The position numbers and the translations under genes were made by a program. The notes under the pieces are model-generated. The model made no database searches, was not told where the DNA came from, and was given only the letters and a program-made list of their open reading frames with translations. A stretch of 64,000 nucleotides of DNA from Hormiphora californensis (Eukaryota > Animalia > Ctenophora), in the NCBI GenBank assembly GCA_020137815.1, contig CM035362.1, positions 4,774,001 to 4,838,000 on the forward strand. Reading direction: 5' to 3'. This document shows, piece by piece, positions 13,101 to 22,631 of the stretch (its first letter is position 1; each line of letters opens with the position of its first letter).

Positions 13101-14037
13101 AACGATGTTCCCCCAGGTCTTGTCGCATTGTGACACTGTCGAACAAAAGAAGAATATTTCCTTGAAGCAGGCTGAGGAGAGGAGGAAAGCAGTCATTACA
13201 GCAGAACAGAAGAATAGGCCTAGTGGTAAGTAAAGGACTGTTGTAAACTATTATAATGTCTGATCGGGTCCATGTATTTCAATTTCGGATCAGTCTTATG
13301 TTCAATCTACTGCACGGGGTAGTGTAATAATACCCTAGTCAGGATCGGGTATCAATATTCCTCTGTGTCTCCACACAATCTGTGTATTGGTGTCGTGGGG
13401 TATCATTATAACTTGATGCACACCGTGTACAACACACCATGTCCACGTAGGCAGGGTTGCAGTAGACTCAACAATCTAGTGATATTCTATCTCTATCTTT
13501 TTTCCCTCTCTCTCTTTCCTTCTCTCTATCTTCCTATCTCTCCATCCTTTAGGCACGGAATCGTTGAGTGTCTCAGCACTGACCTACCTCAGCCCGCCCC
13601 TAACAACCTCTCGTCCCAAGACCTCCTCGTCCACTTCCAACAGATGCACCCTGGCCACTTCACAACAGTTCGTCGATGAGGTTGGTAATTAAAGGTAGAG
13701 ACTAGAGATAGGGATCTGTAGTGTACATTGGGTAATGATGGATGAAAGTAGTAATGTTCAAAATTTTTTGGTCAAAACGTTAAACCTTTATCAGATCAGT
13801 ATTCAAGTATCACAAAACGTTAAACCTTTGTCATCAGTATGTTTTGACCGCCCTTATTCACTGAATAATATTCAGGTGGTAGGATCTGCGATAACACGGC
13901 ATTCAAAACTTCAAGCACTGGAAAAAATCTGGAACGGTGTCCTTCGAGATTCAGTCCGATCAGCGATCTCAGACTTCCGTTGCCTGGATACAACGGTGGA
14001 GGGAGCCCTTAGTTTAGTGCAAGATAACACTGGTTGA
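1..14037 (+). CDS. LRRC49: Leucine-rich repeat-containing protein 49 (centriolar satellite/tubulin polyglutamylase complex subunit), 5'-partial, 11 exons in window
   Basis: Exons inferred from GT-AG sites and phase: <1-714, 5921-6094, 6244-6315, 6407-6475, 6780-6934, 7609-7752, 7883-7989, 12935-13005, 13117-13225, 13553-13680, 13876-14037 (TGA). SDS22-type LRRs (LRLLNFQHNSI, LIFLDLYDNRI, LRVLMLGKNRI), then LDGNPF..YKQIVI..LRQLDLKRITEDERRMAS..KEEEKK and EGNAVTNFSLWKYYLLYRLSHF, which I recognise as collinear with vertebrate LRRC49. Confidence 0.92.
1105..1190. repeat. (CT)n microsatellite in LRRC49 intron
   Basis: Long CT dinucleotide run. Confidence 0.9.
2040..2270 (+). repeat. 30-bp minisatellite, about 7.7 copies (left half of a split array)
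   Basis: Unit CATCACACTGCGTCTGCACTCCCCCAACCA; the same unit resumes at 5733-5868. Confidence 0.95.
2275..4890. mobile_element. Foldback-type palindromic element, arms about 0.96 kb plus a degenerate inverted core
   Basis: Left arm 2275 to about 3232 is the reverse complement of about 3535-4890 (ends ACCTACAACT...AGTTGTAGGT). Arms contain CTATGGCTCATA/TATGAGCCATAG mini-palindromes and 11-bp GTGACACGTGA tandems. Core 3243-3520 is itself a diverged inverted repeat. No coding capacity; TSD not resolved. Confidence 0.8.
3657..4015. mobile_element. 359-bp non-autonomous DNA transposon inserted in the right arm of the foldback element
   Basis: TIRs CCCAGTGGCTTTTTA...TAAAAAGCCACTGGG; perfect 8-bp TSD CTCATATC (3649-3656 and 4016-4023); absent from the left arm, which shows the empty site. 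Confidence 0.9.
4901..5730. mobile_element. About 830-bp non-autonomous TIR element
   Basis: Imperfect TIRs AGTGTGTGCTATTTTTTCAAAT / ATTTGAAATAGCACACCCT; ACTG on both flanks (possible 4-bp TSD); AT-rich interior with internal repeats (AAAAATGAACATTTTTTGTC). Confidence 0.6.
5733..5868 (+). repeat. 30-bp minisatellite, about 4.5 copies (right half of the split array)
   Basis: Same unit as 2040-2270. Confidence 0.95.
6118..6203 (+). mobile_element. 109-bp MITE family, internally deleted copy
   Basis: CAGGAACCGA-CCAATCAGAACTCGTTATTTAGGTCATGTGAC...CCTGATTCGGTCAG. Confidence 0.8.
6930..7080 (+). repeat. About 70-bp tandem duplication containing the exon-5 donor (three GTTAG|GTAATG copies)
   Basis: GTTAGGTAATG at 6930, 6998 and 7069; the first two are followed by GGGGTTGGGTGGTCGACCAATATATC. 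Confidence 0.85.
7143..7640 (+). repeat. 45-bp tandem array, 11 copies, spanning the exon-6 acceptor
   Basis: Unit CATATCTCTCTATCAG|GTTCCCAGCGCTACAGGGACTAACATTTC; the last copy runs into the true exon. Confidence 0.95.
8288..9475 (+). CDS. LINE A ORF1 (gag-like nucleic-acid chaperone with three zinc knuckles)
   Basis: CYHCQGFGHMAGSVYC, CCFCAGTHQTKDC, CVNC...H...C. Frame is open from 8255; the original start may be ATG 8232 with a small indel in the ATATAT run at about 8256-8262. Confidence 0.85.
   Translation: MLAGEVFSNDYKGSDLLVCLERGDAVCPSSVHKPQLWHLLKACYKMLPATAPFSVPGDQADLRESFAKLHKDLVSTISALVKPVEKGKDDVGNGEPEEPVTPTMKHYVNITTGNSGEGESAFCADKWKNVVKPKVESALKTIPVVRSRVNSDHTRLYFPNEDQMKEAEKVLTPLAQDCSVSFFSEETKKLEPKVTINDLGPDLLEKEAILAAILDKNEDIRKLYHEDKKLKVVFVNERDRYAVIQMAPEIRRLLSSSGDRLNLGLRQHFVKNRYHVIQCYHCQGFGHMAGSVYCPQKDDPVCCFCAGTHQTKDCRAKKNNETGKMKCVNCEVGGSREDKKYAKTHTASSMWCPSYINERARLMERTSGVSKEEKNMYWTRTKEELLRKRLGRLGH
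9358..12399 (+). CDS. LINE A ORF2 (AP endonuclease plus reverse transcriptase), stop-to-stop frame
   Basis: Frame is open from 9358. APE motifs GTLNVRSL, LVQET, GDLN, TLDLV, SDH; RT motifs NYRPVS, LDMSAAFDTV, GVPQGSLLGP, YADD; L2-like C-terminus HILPI..R..FK...FKTRLKTHLF. First in-frame ATG is only at 9868. Confidence 0.93.
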   Translation, partial: RASTANGEDFRCEQRGKKHVLDEDQRGTTQEKTWKIGTLNVRSLVNKTGGVISHLEEEDCDICLVQETFLKSTDTGKLQEIRDNGWDILSCPRGDRGGGGIGILFRDGIVLRQCPVKTKFKSFQVQEVLISDRDQPKRLCNVYRPPYTTKSRLTEATFLSEFGDYLSELVMKQGTPIIAGDLNFQVQDKNNFYSRKLLELLDSFDLQQRVPLLPTHQLGGTLDLVITTRETNLGDLTICPNGTTSDHFLVQFGLEVRQDLSNSCMRKSMFREYMDYKSMDKEGFREDLQKAEFEPGRDPEESIVNFYRWLESVVERRVPRKRVRTGKKFKPWRDEELRGILRKRRSAERYWRKHGTEEAKRRFNDLKKLYGNMDKEKRAAFVKEDLDAAKGDPKKLQRKLQKLLGKAETILPETTNNKNLADDFSKFFSSKVTKIRTQVNEEQQQAGDFVESGKSCHTTWNEFKEISEEELVSLVKSMSSKHCDLDPLPTWVVKECISDLAPALTSIVNQSLHQSSVAESLQEALVFPTIKNMYGDREALSNYRPVSNIPFLSKLLEKVVLTQLNDYLDRNSLLGKHQSGYRVGHSCETLLASMFDDILGEMDKGNVVALICLDMSAAFDTVDHGKLLEVLQKRFGVDGEPLRWFKSYLSSRSFRVSVGDCLSETLALLCGVPQGSLLGPILFLLYIEAVQDIVEPYGLRIKLYADDSQLYVSLVPTDAAGWVEAKVDIEECLAKVKRWMVGQWLKCNEAKTEFILLGKRSSLSKVSFDPVINFGGTEISPSECSGTDGKTLGILLDHNLGLERQVNNVRKQCGLMLRNLWQLHRCFDIPTKIMLVKQLILSRIDYSNILYCGLPGRVLSGLQKLLNACVRFVFNLHGHQDNYMEYFRQCHILPISYRLDFKACLIAYKIVNGTAPCYLQDLVPRDETWGTSRTTRMTNVPDPYRLKHPKITSINANSKLRRRRLSVFLPSVWNELPLELRSIPNVDTFKTRLKTHLFVGAFGVGDGEPMAEL
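13022..13071. repeat. Short inverted repeat/hairpin in LRRC49 intron
   Basis: TACTCCTTCATAAAC ... GTTTATGAAGGAGTA, 15-bp perfect stem. Confidence 0.7.
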
Positions 14038-14362
14038 TGGGTGTTCAGAGTAGAACTCTAAAGGAAGATTTCTATTCTAGAGTTTTTACTGTTGTGAGTG
14101 GGCTAGGGTTTTTGTTTTTCCATATATTTGTTCACTGTTCAGCTATGCCACGACGTCGTAAATCGCTCACACACGCACCGATATATAATGACGCATCACA
14201 TCTTTAGAGTCGCTCACGTGCGTCGTGCAGGTATTGAGTGGGAGAGAGAGATATGTGTATGAGTGGTGAAGGTGAAAGTAAGCCAAGCTAGATCGCTGAA
14301 AGTATGGCCATTTGTCGCACATTGCATCTTGCTTCCTCCTCTTGCTGCGTAGTACTAGGAGC

Positions 14363-14471
14363 CAGGAACCGACCGACACAAGTAAACAACCAATCAAAAC
14401 TCGTTATTTAGGTCACGTGACTGGTTATCAGCCAATCAGGGACCAGTATTTCCTGATTCGGTCGGTTCCTG
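14363..14471 (+). mobile_element. 109-bp hAT-like MITE, full copy
   Basis: TIRs CAGGAACCGACCGA/TCGGTCGGTTCCTG; degenerate 8-bp TSD. Confidence 0.9.
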
Positions 14472-14760
14472 GTAGGAGTCTTGCAAAATCACAGCACACA
14501 AACTGCACACTTCGATTCCTAACGTTTTAACTTCACGCCTCCAATGATATGTTGTCCTACTATAAACAGGTTAATTATTTGTATAAATGTACAAATTCAA
14601 GTTGTATTATACATTGTGTAGTAGTCGATCCTATAACTTGTAAATTCCACCGTCTTTCGAGTGTCACATTTCTAACGTATTACAAACTCTAAAGTTTTAT
14701 TTCTATTCGGTATTTCAAATTGACGCTAACTTCCCAGCCCTATCTGACAGGTGCGTCAGG

Positions 14761-17700
14761 ATGGACAATGCAGATCTTGAATCCCTCAAGCTCACCCCTG
14801 GACGTCCTTTCTCCCAAGTTCTCACCTGCCACGACCTGACTACACAGTCCTTCTATCCAGCGCCTGCAGTTCAAGTCCGAAGTAGATTGTCTAACATCGG
14901 ATAGCGGAGCTAGTTATCAGATCGTAGGGAGTGGAGGGGAGAGAACGGTGCCACTCAATGAAGGTCTCAACACAATAGTTATTGAGGTCAGCGCCCCTGA
15001 TGGGACAGTAAAAAGGTACACAATCAAAGTCACGAAACTGGCGGCTAACCTGGCGGAGCTAGCCCGACTAACTGTCACTCCAGGAAGACTGGACCGGGCC
15101 TACCAGAAGAAGTACACGGAGTACTACGCCACCCTCGGTTGGGCGGTGACTGAGGTGAAGATCAATCCAGTGAAACAAGATCCCAAGATGACTGTCACTA
15201 TTGACGGGAACCCACCTGATAAACCGATAACTCTGGGAGATTCCGAGACGACTGTATCAATCAATGTGACCTCTCCTGATGGTTCGAATATCAGAGTTTA
15301 CACGGTTCACCTACTAAAGGAGGACACAGGATACCGACTAGAAGCATCTGATGCTAAGTTTCAGTGTGGTGTGTGCTGTAGTTTGCTGTCTGCCCCACGG
15401 AAACTCCGACAATGTGGCTGTAACTTTTGTACCGTCTGTCAGTCTGTCAGTCAGCGGAGTGACAAGACTTGTCCAGCTTGTAACGCCCCTCCACCCTCCG
15501 CACCTCCTTTTGATGAAGTCGACAGTGCTCTTCGGGATGCTCTCCTTATTCAGGATGTGAAATGTTTCTACTGTGGGACAACTGTCAAGAACTCAGAACT
15601 TATTACACATGCATCAGCGTGTGAGGAACGGCTGACTACGTGTGAGATGTGTAACAGAGACGTGAAGAGCTCTACGATTGAAACAGATCACGTTGATTGT
15701 GTTGACACTTGCAAGCAATGCAACACTAAATATCCCAAGGTCTGGGGGACTTACCATACCTCCATGTGTCTCCAGGGGGATGGTAGTGGGGTGGATTTGG
15801 TGGGACACTCGGTAAAGATGGCTGATTGGGAAAAGAAGCTAAGGATTGAAAGTGGAGATAGTTTTGAGGAGTTGTTCACCGCAGGAGGGAAACACGAGAC
15901 AGATTACCAGAAACTCCGAAACTTGGCTTCCACTGAAATGGGTGATCTCAGGGACAAGCTTAAAAGTGCCGCTACAGCTTATGCGAATGCCATTGCTGCA
16001 AACTCAAAATCAGCTAAGGCTCACCACCGGTTGGGTGCGGTCCTGCAGGAGTTGTATTATCTCGAGGAAATGTTCGGAAAGGGGGAGGAGGAAAAGAAAG
16101 ATTCCGCCAACAAAGAAGCTATGGACAGTAGTAAAACTGAGGAAATTGATGCAATTTGTCAGTTACATGGAGTTTCAGCAGGGGCTGATTTGGGGGAGAA
16201 GCTGCGAGCGATTGATAAAGAGTACCATTCGCTCAAGGCTCAGGGGAACACTGCAAAGGCTGACAGAGTCCAAGGGTTATATGCATGGAAATCAAAACAA
16301 GCCACGCAGGCAGAGAAGACGTCATTCCAAGCGTCTAACGAAGAGTCTTATCTTGGTAAAGCTAGCAAGAAATTTGAAGATGCGGTGGTCCTGGAACCGT
16401 CTTCGTTCCAATTCAACTACAACCTGGGTCTCAGTTATCTGGCTCAGATGAAATACAAAGAAGCGGCAGCACGGTTGAGGGTCTGTGTGGGATCTAAACC
16501 CCTCCACAGTCATGTCGTGTTTCTTCTAGGTGTCGCCTTGGCAAAGGCGAAATCTGATCCAGAGGAATCGCTATTTTACCTAACTGAGGGAGTGCAATCC
16601 TATCAGTTCTGGGTGTCCTGCCTGAAACGAGATGGTATGAAAAACTCAACTGAAATGTTCGCTGAGACAGGATTCTCGTTTTACAATTCTCAATTTCTCG
16701 AAGGATTCTTTTCTCTCGTTGACCAAACAAAAGATGTCGCCAAACAGAAATCCCTGCTTCTTTCGGTCGGTTTACCTAGTGCCAAGGATTCTCCTGACCA
16801 TCGGACACAGGGGAGGCATTTACTTGACCGTAGAATCTATCCTCTTTTCCGCACTGGATAGGTTGCTAGCCGTTGTCAAGCCAGACTGAAGTGAAATCCT
16901 ACGCTCAGATCTTGTCCAACCTCCTTCTCAGGAGTCCTGATAGAAGTAGCCAGCGGCTACTGGAGATGCAAGTTGAGACCTGCCGGAAGACCGTGTTTGT
17001 TGAAAGTGGAAACGGCCAGATTCTCTCTACTCTCGGTTCAGCGCTTGTCTCCCTGTTTGATCTCACTGACGAGAAAGAGTTGCTAAAAGAGGCGGAGGTG
17101 TGCTTCAGGGCGGCTTTGAAAGGCGAAGGGAAACCCGTAGCTGGAGGAGAGGTAGATGAGGGAATCAAGGGGTTGAAATGGTATAAAGATCGGTTAGCAC
17201 CCAAGGTGGTAGAACCCGCACCAGGTAAAACTGGGCCGGCTAGGGGAGGGGCGGCTGGTAGGGGCGGGGCAAGGGGAGCTGTGAGAGGTGGGGCTGTTGT
17301 AAGGGGAAGGGGAGCGGCGGCTCCACGTGGTGGGGCAGCGGCTAGAGGTGGCGCAGCGGCAAGGGGTGGCGCAGCGGCTAGAGGTGGCGCAGTGGCAAGG
17401 GGTAAACCTGCAGCGGGACGTGGTGCTGTTGCCAGTAAAGGACACTCCTGTACCCCTGCCAAACCAGGTAAATCACCTGAACCTGCGGCAAAGGCTCCCT
17501 CGCCTGCTGAACCACCCAAGGGTCCTGTAAACAACAAACTCCCTGAAACACGTCTCGGTCTGGCTGGGGTGTTGAAACTTCTCTCTGGGGATAAGGATGA
17601 AATGAAGGCTCTTCTAAATGACGTCATCACCATGAATCCCTCTCTTCACGACCCTTACATTGAACTAGGAGAGCTGTGTAGGGGGACTATGGAAGCAGTA

Positions 17701-17994
17701 GATGTCTATGACAAGTTTCCCTTTGGTGAACCGCTCACATTTGATGATGCCTTCATTTTCGGGGAGATGGTTCAGATTATGATGAAGCTGGAGGAGTTTG
17801 ATGATGTCCGGTTGGAGAAGGCGCTAATTGGATATGGAACTGTTATGGGGTGGAACAGTCTTGATACATACGTTAGGAAACTTGAAAACGCGTACAAATC
17901 GGCCGTGTTGAAGAATGTGTACTGTGCTGTGAATAAGAAAAACCAGGAGGACTCAGATGTTAAACAGTTCTTCAAAGCGAAAATGTGGATGTAG
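14761..17994 (+). CDS. Uncharacterised intronless protein of about 1075 aa: two cadherin-like beta-sandwich domains, RING-type finger, TRAF-type zinc fingers, TPR repeats, RGG-rich linker; apparent frameshifts
   Basis: ATG 14761 gives MDNADLESLKLTPG..LSPKFSP.TTDYTV.., joining ORF 14948-16861 after removing four 1-nt insertions (about 14800-14880) and ORF 16873-17994 after two more (about 16768-16873). Motifs: GLNTIVIEVSAPDGTVKRYTI and VSINVTSPDGSNIRVYTV (cadherin-like), CGVC..CGCNFCTVC..CPAC (RING-type), CFYC..H..C (TRAF-type), AHHRLGAVL and FNYNLGLSYLAQMKYKEA (TPR). Confidence 0.8.
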
Positions 17995-19262
17995 GTTGGC
18001 AGTTATAGTACTTCCTGCTACACCTGTGATCGGAACATTCCCATCGGCCACTCCTCCCCCATCAGCATTCCACTGGACACCTTTTTCGTATCATTTTTTA
18101 GATAGGCTGGTAAAATCTTCTCCAAAAAACCAAATCAGAACAAATCAGACTTTGAGTAGTAATTTATATAATTATATATCCAGAACAATTTGTACAGTGT
18201 TTATATAGAAGTGTGTATATTAGTAAAATCAGTGTTTTTAATTGTATATAAAATGTATAAATAAGCTCTCAGATCTTTGCATGAAACTTCCTTTTTTTCA
18301 TTTAACAAATTTCTGTATCCCACTGATTAGCATTGCATGTGTGTGTATCTTTGTCTGCTTTGTGAACCAAATGTTAGCGCCTGAAAGTAAACTGTATGAA
18401 CAGCAATAAGGTACTGTCTAGCAAAGTGGTATATTCCAAGAGCTCTAAGTTGCCGGCAGCAGCAGCTCCTCCCGCTGCAGTGTATCCAATTACCTTGCAT
18501 GCCACACTGCAATCCTAATTAATTGAGCATCTTACGTGGCTGCGTGTCTCAAGAGTCATGCGAGAGAGAGAGAGAGTCAAGAGTAGTATATTATGTGCAT
18601 TATAGTGCAACGTGGTGATTGATCATTCCTCCCTCCTCAACTTTGGTACACGTAGTAGTGTGTTTGCTTTTTTCGTCATTAAATCGAATATATGGTACCT
18701 TTGTGAATAGAAGTTATGTTGTTAACAAGTGTTTTAATTGCCCCCACCCCCTCCCATCAAGCTCTATCTATTAGAGGTGGTACACAGTGCAAGCATGGTA
18801 TGTAAACCTGTATGTCGTTTGTGCTTTGGCTACAGCATGAAATACTTTCAAGTGCCTTCACCAGTCCTATAATAATTTGTACAACTATCTTGTTCGAAAT
18901 TAATTTATTATCTCCATCTTACTTGTATCGCATAGTTCTGATAGGTGATTATCGTTATATTTCTATTTTCTAGATGTTAATTTCTGCCCTGTTAATTGTA
19001 TGATCTAATCCCTATTCAATCCCTATTATCCCACCAAATACCCTACTTAGTAACACCTAAGTTGTCATATTTATCACCTCTATCACTATTATGTCCCTCT
19101 AGATGTCTCTATCTCTCTATCCCTCTATCTTTCTATCTCCTTATCTCACTATCTCCCTATCTCACTATCACTATATCCCTCTATCACTCTATCTATCCCT
19201 CTATCCCTCTATCCCTCTATCCGGATATATCCCCCTATCTATCTCCCTATCTCCCTGTTAGT

Positions 19263-22200
19263 ATGACTGTGCGGCTCAATGTTAGGGGAGTAAAAAAGAT
19301 AGCATTATATGGCGTGGCTGTGTTAGCAGTCCTTTATCTTCTCAGTCATTTCGAGTCACCGCTACGGATAAAGGTAATTGCTGGAAATTCCATGATGACT
19401 AACTAACTTGTTTTTATTTGAAATCCCATGATCTTGGAAGGGGGTTCTTTACCAAAGTATGGCATGCGAACCCCGGATTACCCTCTGTCTCTGTTTCTAC
19501 CGACTACCGTTACCTTCCTCAACACTGTACTATGTCAAACCACTGATTTCTCCTAGTCCTTCTTCTGTTTTTATCACAATTTGTCAGTACTGAAAGTTCA
19601 GAAGGAATAGGGATCTACTTAGATCCCTAGTCCTTCTTCTGTTTTTTGGTAACAAGTTGTCATTTGATCCCTAACACCAGCTTCCTCCGCGCCAGGTGAA
19701 ATTCCCTGGTAGTAGTGAAGATGAGGGCGACTCAGCAGCGGTTCACCCTGGACTTGTATCCCCTGCAGCCCCAGAGTTGGAGCGTCTCGCAGCCCAGATG
19801 ATGCGGGAACGGGAAAGGGAGAAAGTTAACAGTAAAAGGGATCAGGATGAGGTCATAGAACGAAATAAATTTCAACCAGATGTAAGTATAACAGGAACCG
19901 ACAGAAAATACTGGTCCCTGATTGGCTGATATCCAGTTACGTGACCTAAATAATGAGTTCTGATTGGCTGTTTACTTGTGTCGGTCGGTTCCTGAAGTAG
20001 AATACTAATTGTGTCTTTCTTTTAGATATTAGCTTGTTATATACATTCTATTAGCTGTTAGTTTTAGTTAATTTACCCTCTGCAGTCTGCAGTCTTCAGT
20101 AGATCACTGCAATAGTTTGCACTTTGCTAGTTAGAGAAACATAAATATAATCATTATTTATTGTCTTTAACGCACAGAGCTTTTTGCACGAGATATCTCT
20201 ATACTACTTAGTCTATTTTAGGGTATATCAAAGCAATTCCCAGGGGCGAGTAGATACGATGATTGCATTGTTCCCAAGCTTCATTTTATTTCGAAATCAC
20301 AGCCTCAATTTCTCAAATTCTCTGACCCTCTCAAATTCTCTGACCCTCTCCAATTCTCTGACCCTCTCCCATTCTCTGACCCTCTCCAATTCTCTGACCC
20401 TCTCCAATTCTCTCACCCTCTCCAATTCTCTGACCCTCCCACAGGTCCCAGTCGAGAAACTCCCAGAGAGTAAGACCTTTGCGTATGACTGGGTGGAACC
20501 CCCTAAATTACGTGCCAAAAGAGAGGAGTATGAGAGGAGGTACCAGCAGAAAGTACGGGATATGGGGAGTGATAAAGAGAAGATAAAAGATGCGGGTGAG
20601 TGTCCAAAAGGGGGTAGATAGGGCTGGGAGAAGAAGAGGGAGGGGGAGTCGGGGACCGAGTACAATCCTTCCTCTGGGATATATATGGGAAGTCCAAAAG
20701 GGGGGAACAAGGGGGGGGGGGGCAGTCGGGGACCGAGTACAATCCTTCCTCTGAGAAGATAAAAGATGCGGGTGAGTGTTGTTTTATTGTAATTTTCTGA
20801 GTGTTTTTATCATGCACTGCAGCACTTGCTCAAATTTTTAAGACCAGCGACTGTGTTTATTGCTAGGCAAATTTCTCAAGACCAGTAATTGTCCAGGACA
20901 ACTTGTCCTCCAAAATAAGGCTTAGAAGCCACGTCAACAAGAGATGCTGTGCTGCACTTCAGTTTCGCGTGCTTCTTGAATTACCAGGCACCTTTCTATG
21001 TTCAATTTAACAAAAGAGGACGCATGCTTTTAGTGTGTTTGGGACAGAAGAGAGAAGGTAGCAGGTGTCCTTTTATTCACACTCAATCACACTTCGCCAT
21101 TGTCTTATAACAGTAGACACCCTCTTGTTCAAATTCTCTTCATTGAGGAGGGGGGGCTCCATGTACACGTGTTTCAGCCTTCAGGTAGTACAGTGTACTA
21201 AGTACACCAACTGTAGGCGCTGTATAATACACGTGTAGAATTGGGAAAACATCCTACTTTGGAATGTTTACTCTGCAGCACTCTGCAGACCATGAAATAT
21301 ATCATATAACTTCCAACCTAATCCCAATACGTTTTTCAGGTTACAATGAGCATGGTTACAACTCACATTTAGCTGAGACTATTGCCATCAACAGAGATAT
21401 CGGGGATAAAAGACATGCCCAGTAAGTACTATAGAATAGTCCCGAATCAGGATGGTATCATTAACCGACCGAATCAGGTCCCTGATTGGCTGATAACCAG
21501 TCACGCGACATAAATTAAGATTTCTGATTGGTTGTTTACTTGTGTCGGTCGGTTCATGTCTGGTATCACAATTTTCTACCATCTCCTGGCTTCTTGTTAC
21601 GATGGGGGGGTTATCATGGTGACAAATGATTGTATGTTACTTTGATGGGCAGAGCACGATTCAACTGCTGTTAACCTCACATCTTCTCTTCCCGCTAGGT
21701 GCAAGAACGGTGGTTGGCCAACGAAACTACCCCGGGCTAGTGTCATATTTTGTTTCCACAATGAGAATCTAGTCGTGCTACTTCGTTCCATCTACTCGGT
21801 GCTAATGAGAACGCCCCCTGAATTGCTAGCTGATATTATTGTTGTGGATGATGCGAGTACTGAGGCACATCGTGAGTTTATAATCTACATTGTATTATTA
21901 TTGTCCCTGGTTCTGGTAGATCTCTCATGATGAGGCTTGAAATAATCATCCAACTCAATTTACTTTCTAGAATACCGAGATTTGGCGAACCATCAACCAA
22001 ACAATAGTAGATTCAATTGGGAGGGGTCGATGTAGTTATTGACTCTACTAGGTACAATATCTAACATAACCTTCTCAGCTGATATTCGGAAGCCGCTCGA
22101 TGAAATAGTTGCACTAATGGGAGGGAAAGTGAAAGTTCTGAGACTGGACGAGAGGTCTGGGCTCATCAAGGCGAGAATGGCCGGAGCTGCATACAGCGTT

Positions 22201-22551
22201 GGAGATGTAAGTGACAGTCAGAGAGAGATAGAGAGAGACACCGGACAGTGTTGGAGATGTAAGTGACAGTCAGAGAGAGAGACTAGACAGAATTGAACTT
22301 TGAAGAGAGAAAAAGGAAAGGTCCAGACTCCAGAGTGTGTGAACTGTGAGAGTGAGAGATTCTCGTAGATTCGATGCACGGAGTCGAGAGGCGTGCATGC
22401 TTGAGAGAGAGAAAGAGAGGTTTTAGAGAATGGTGGGACATCTGTTTAGCTTCACCAGTCATACACTCACAATTATACTCTAATGAATTGATCTCGCTAT
22501 AACGTATAAGAATGCTTTATACGTTTCGCGCAATCTCACTCTCTCTCTCTC

Positions 22552-22631
<80 letters not shown>

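Noticed and set aside
14312-14530. Recurrent peptide [35 protein letters not shown] in several ORFs
   Set aside because: It is the open frame of the 109-bp MITE, not a gene family.
16905-17633. 242-aa antisense ORF; likewise 59179-59709 and the alternative-frame 59277-60089
   Set aside because: Shadow frames of low-complexity GC-rich coding sequence; the last also reads through an intron.
14948-17994. Treating ORFs 14948-16861 and 16873-17994 as two genes
   Set aside because: Both begin at non-ATG codons; removing two single bases gives a continuous, plausible helical sequence across the junction.
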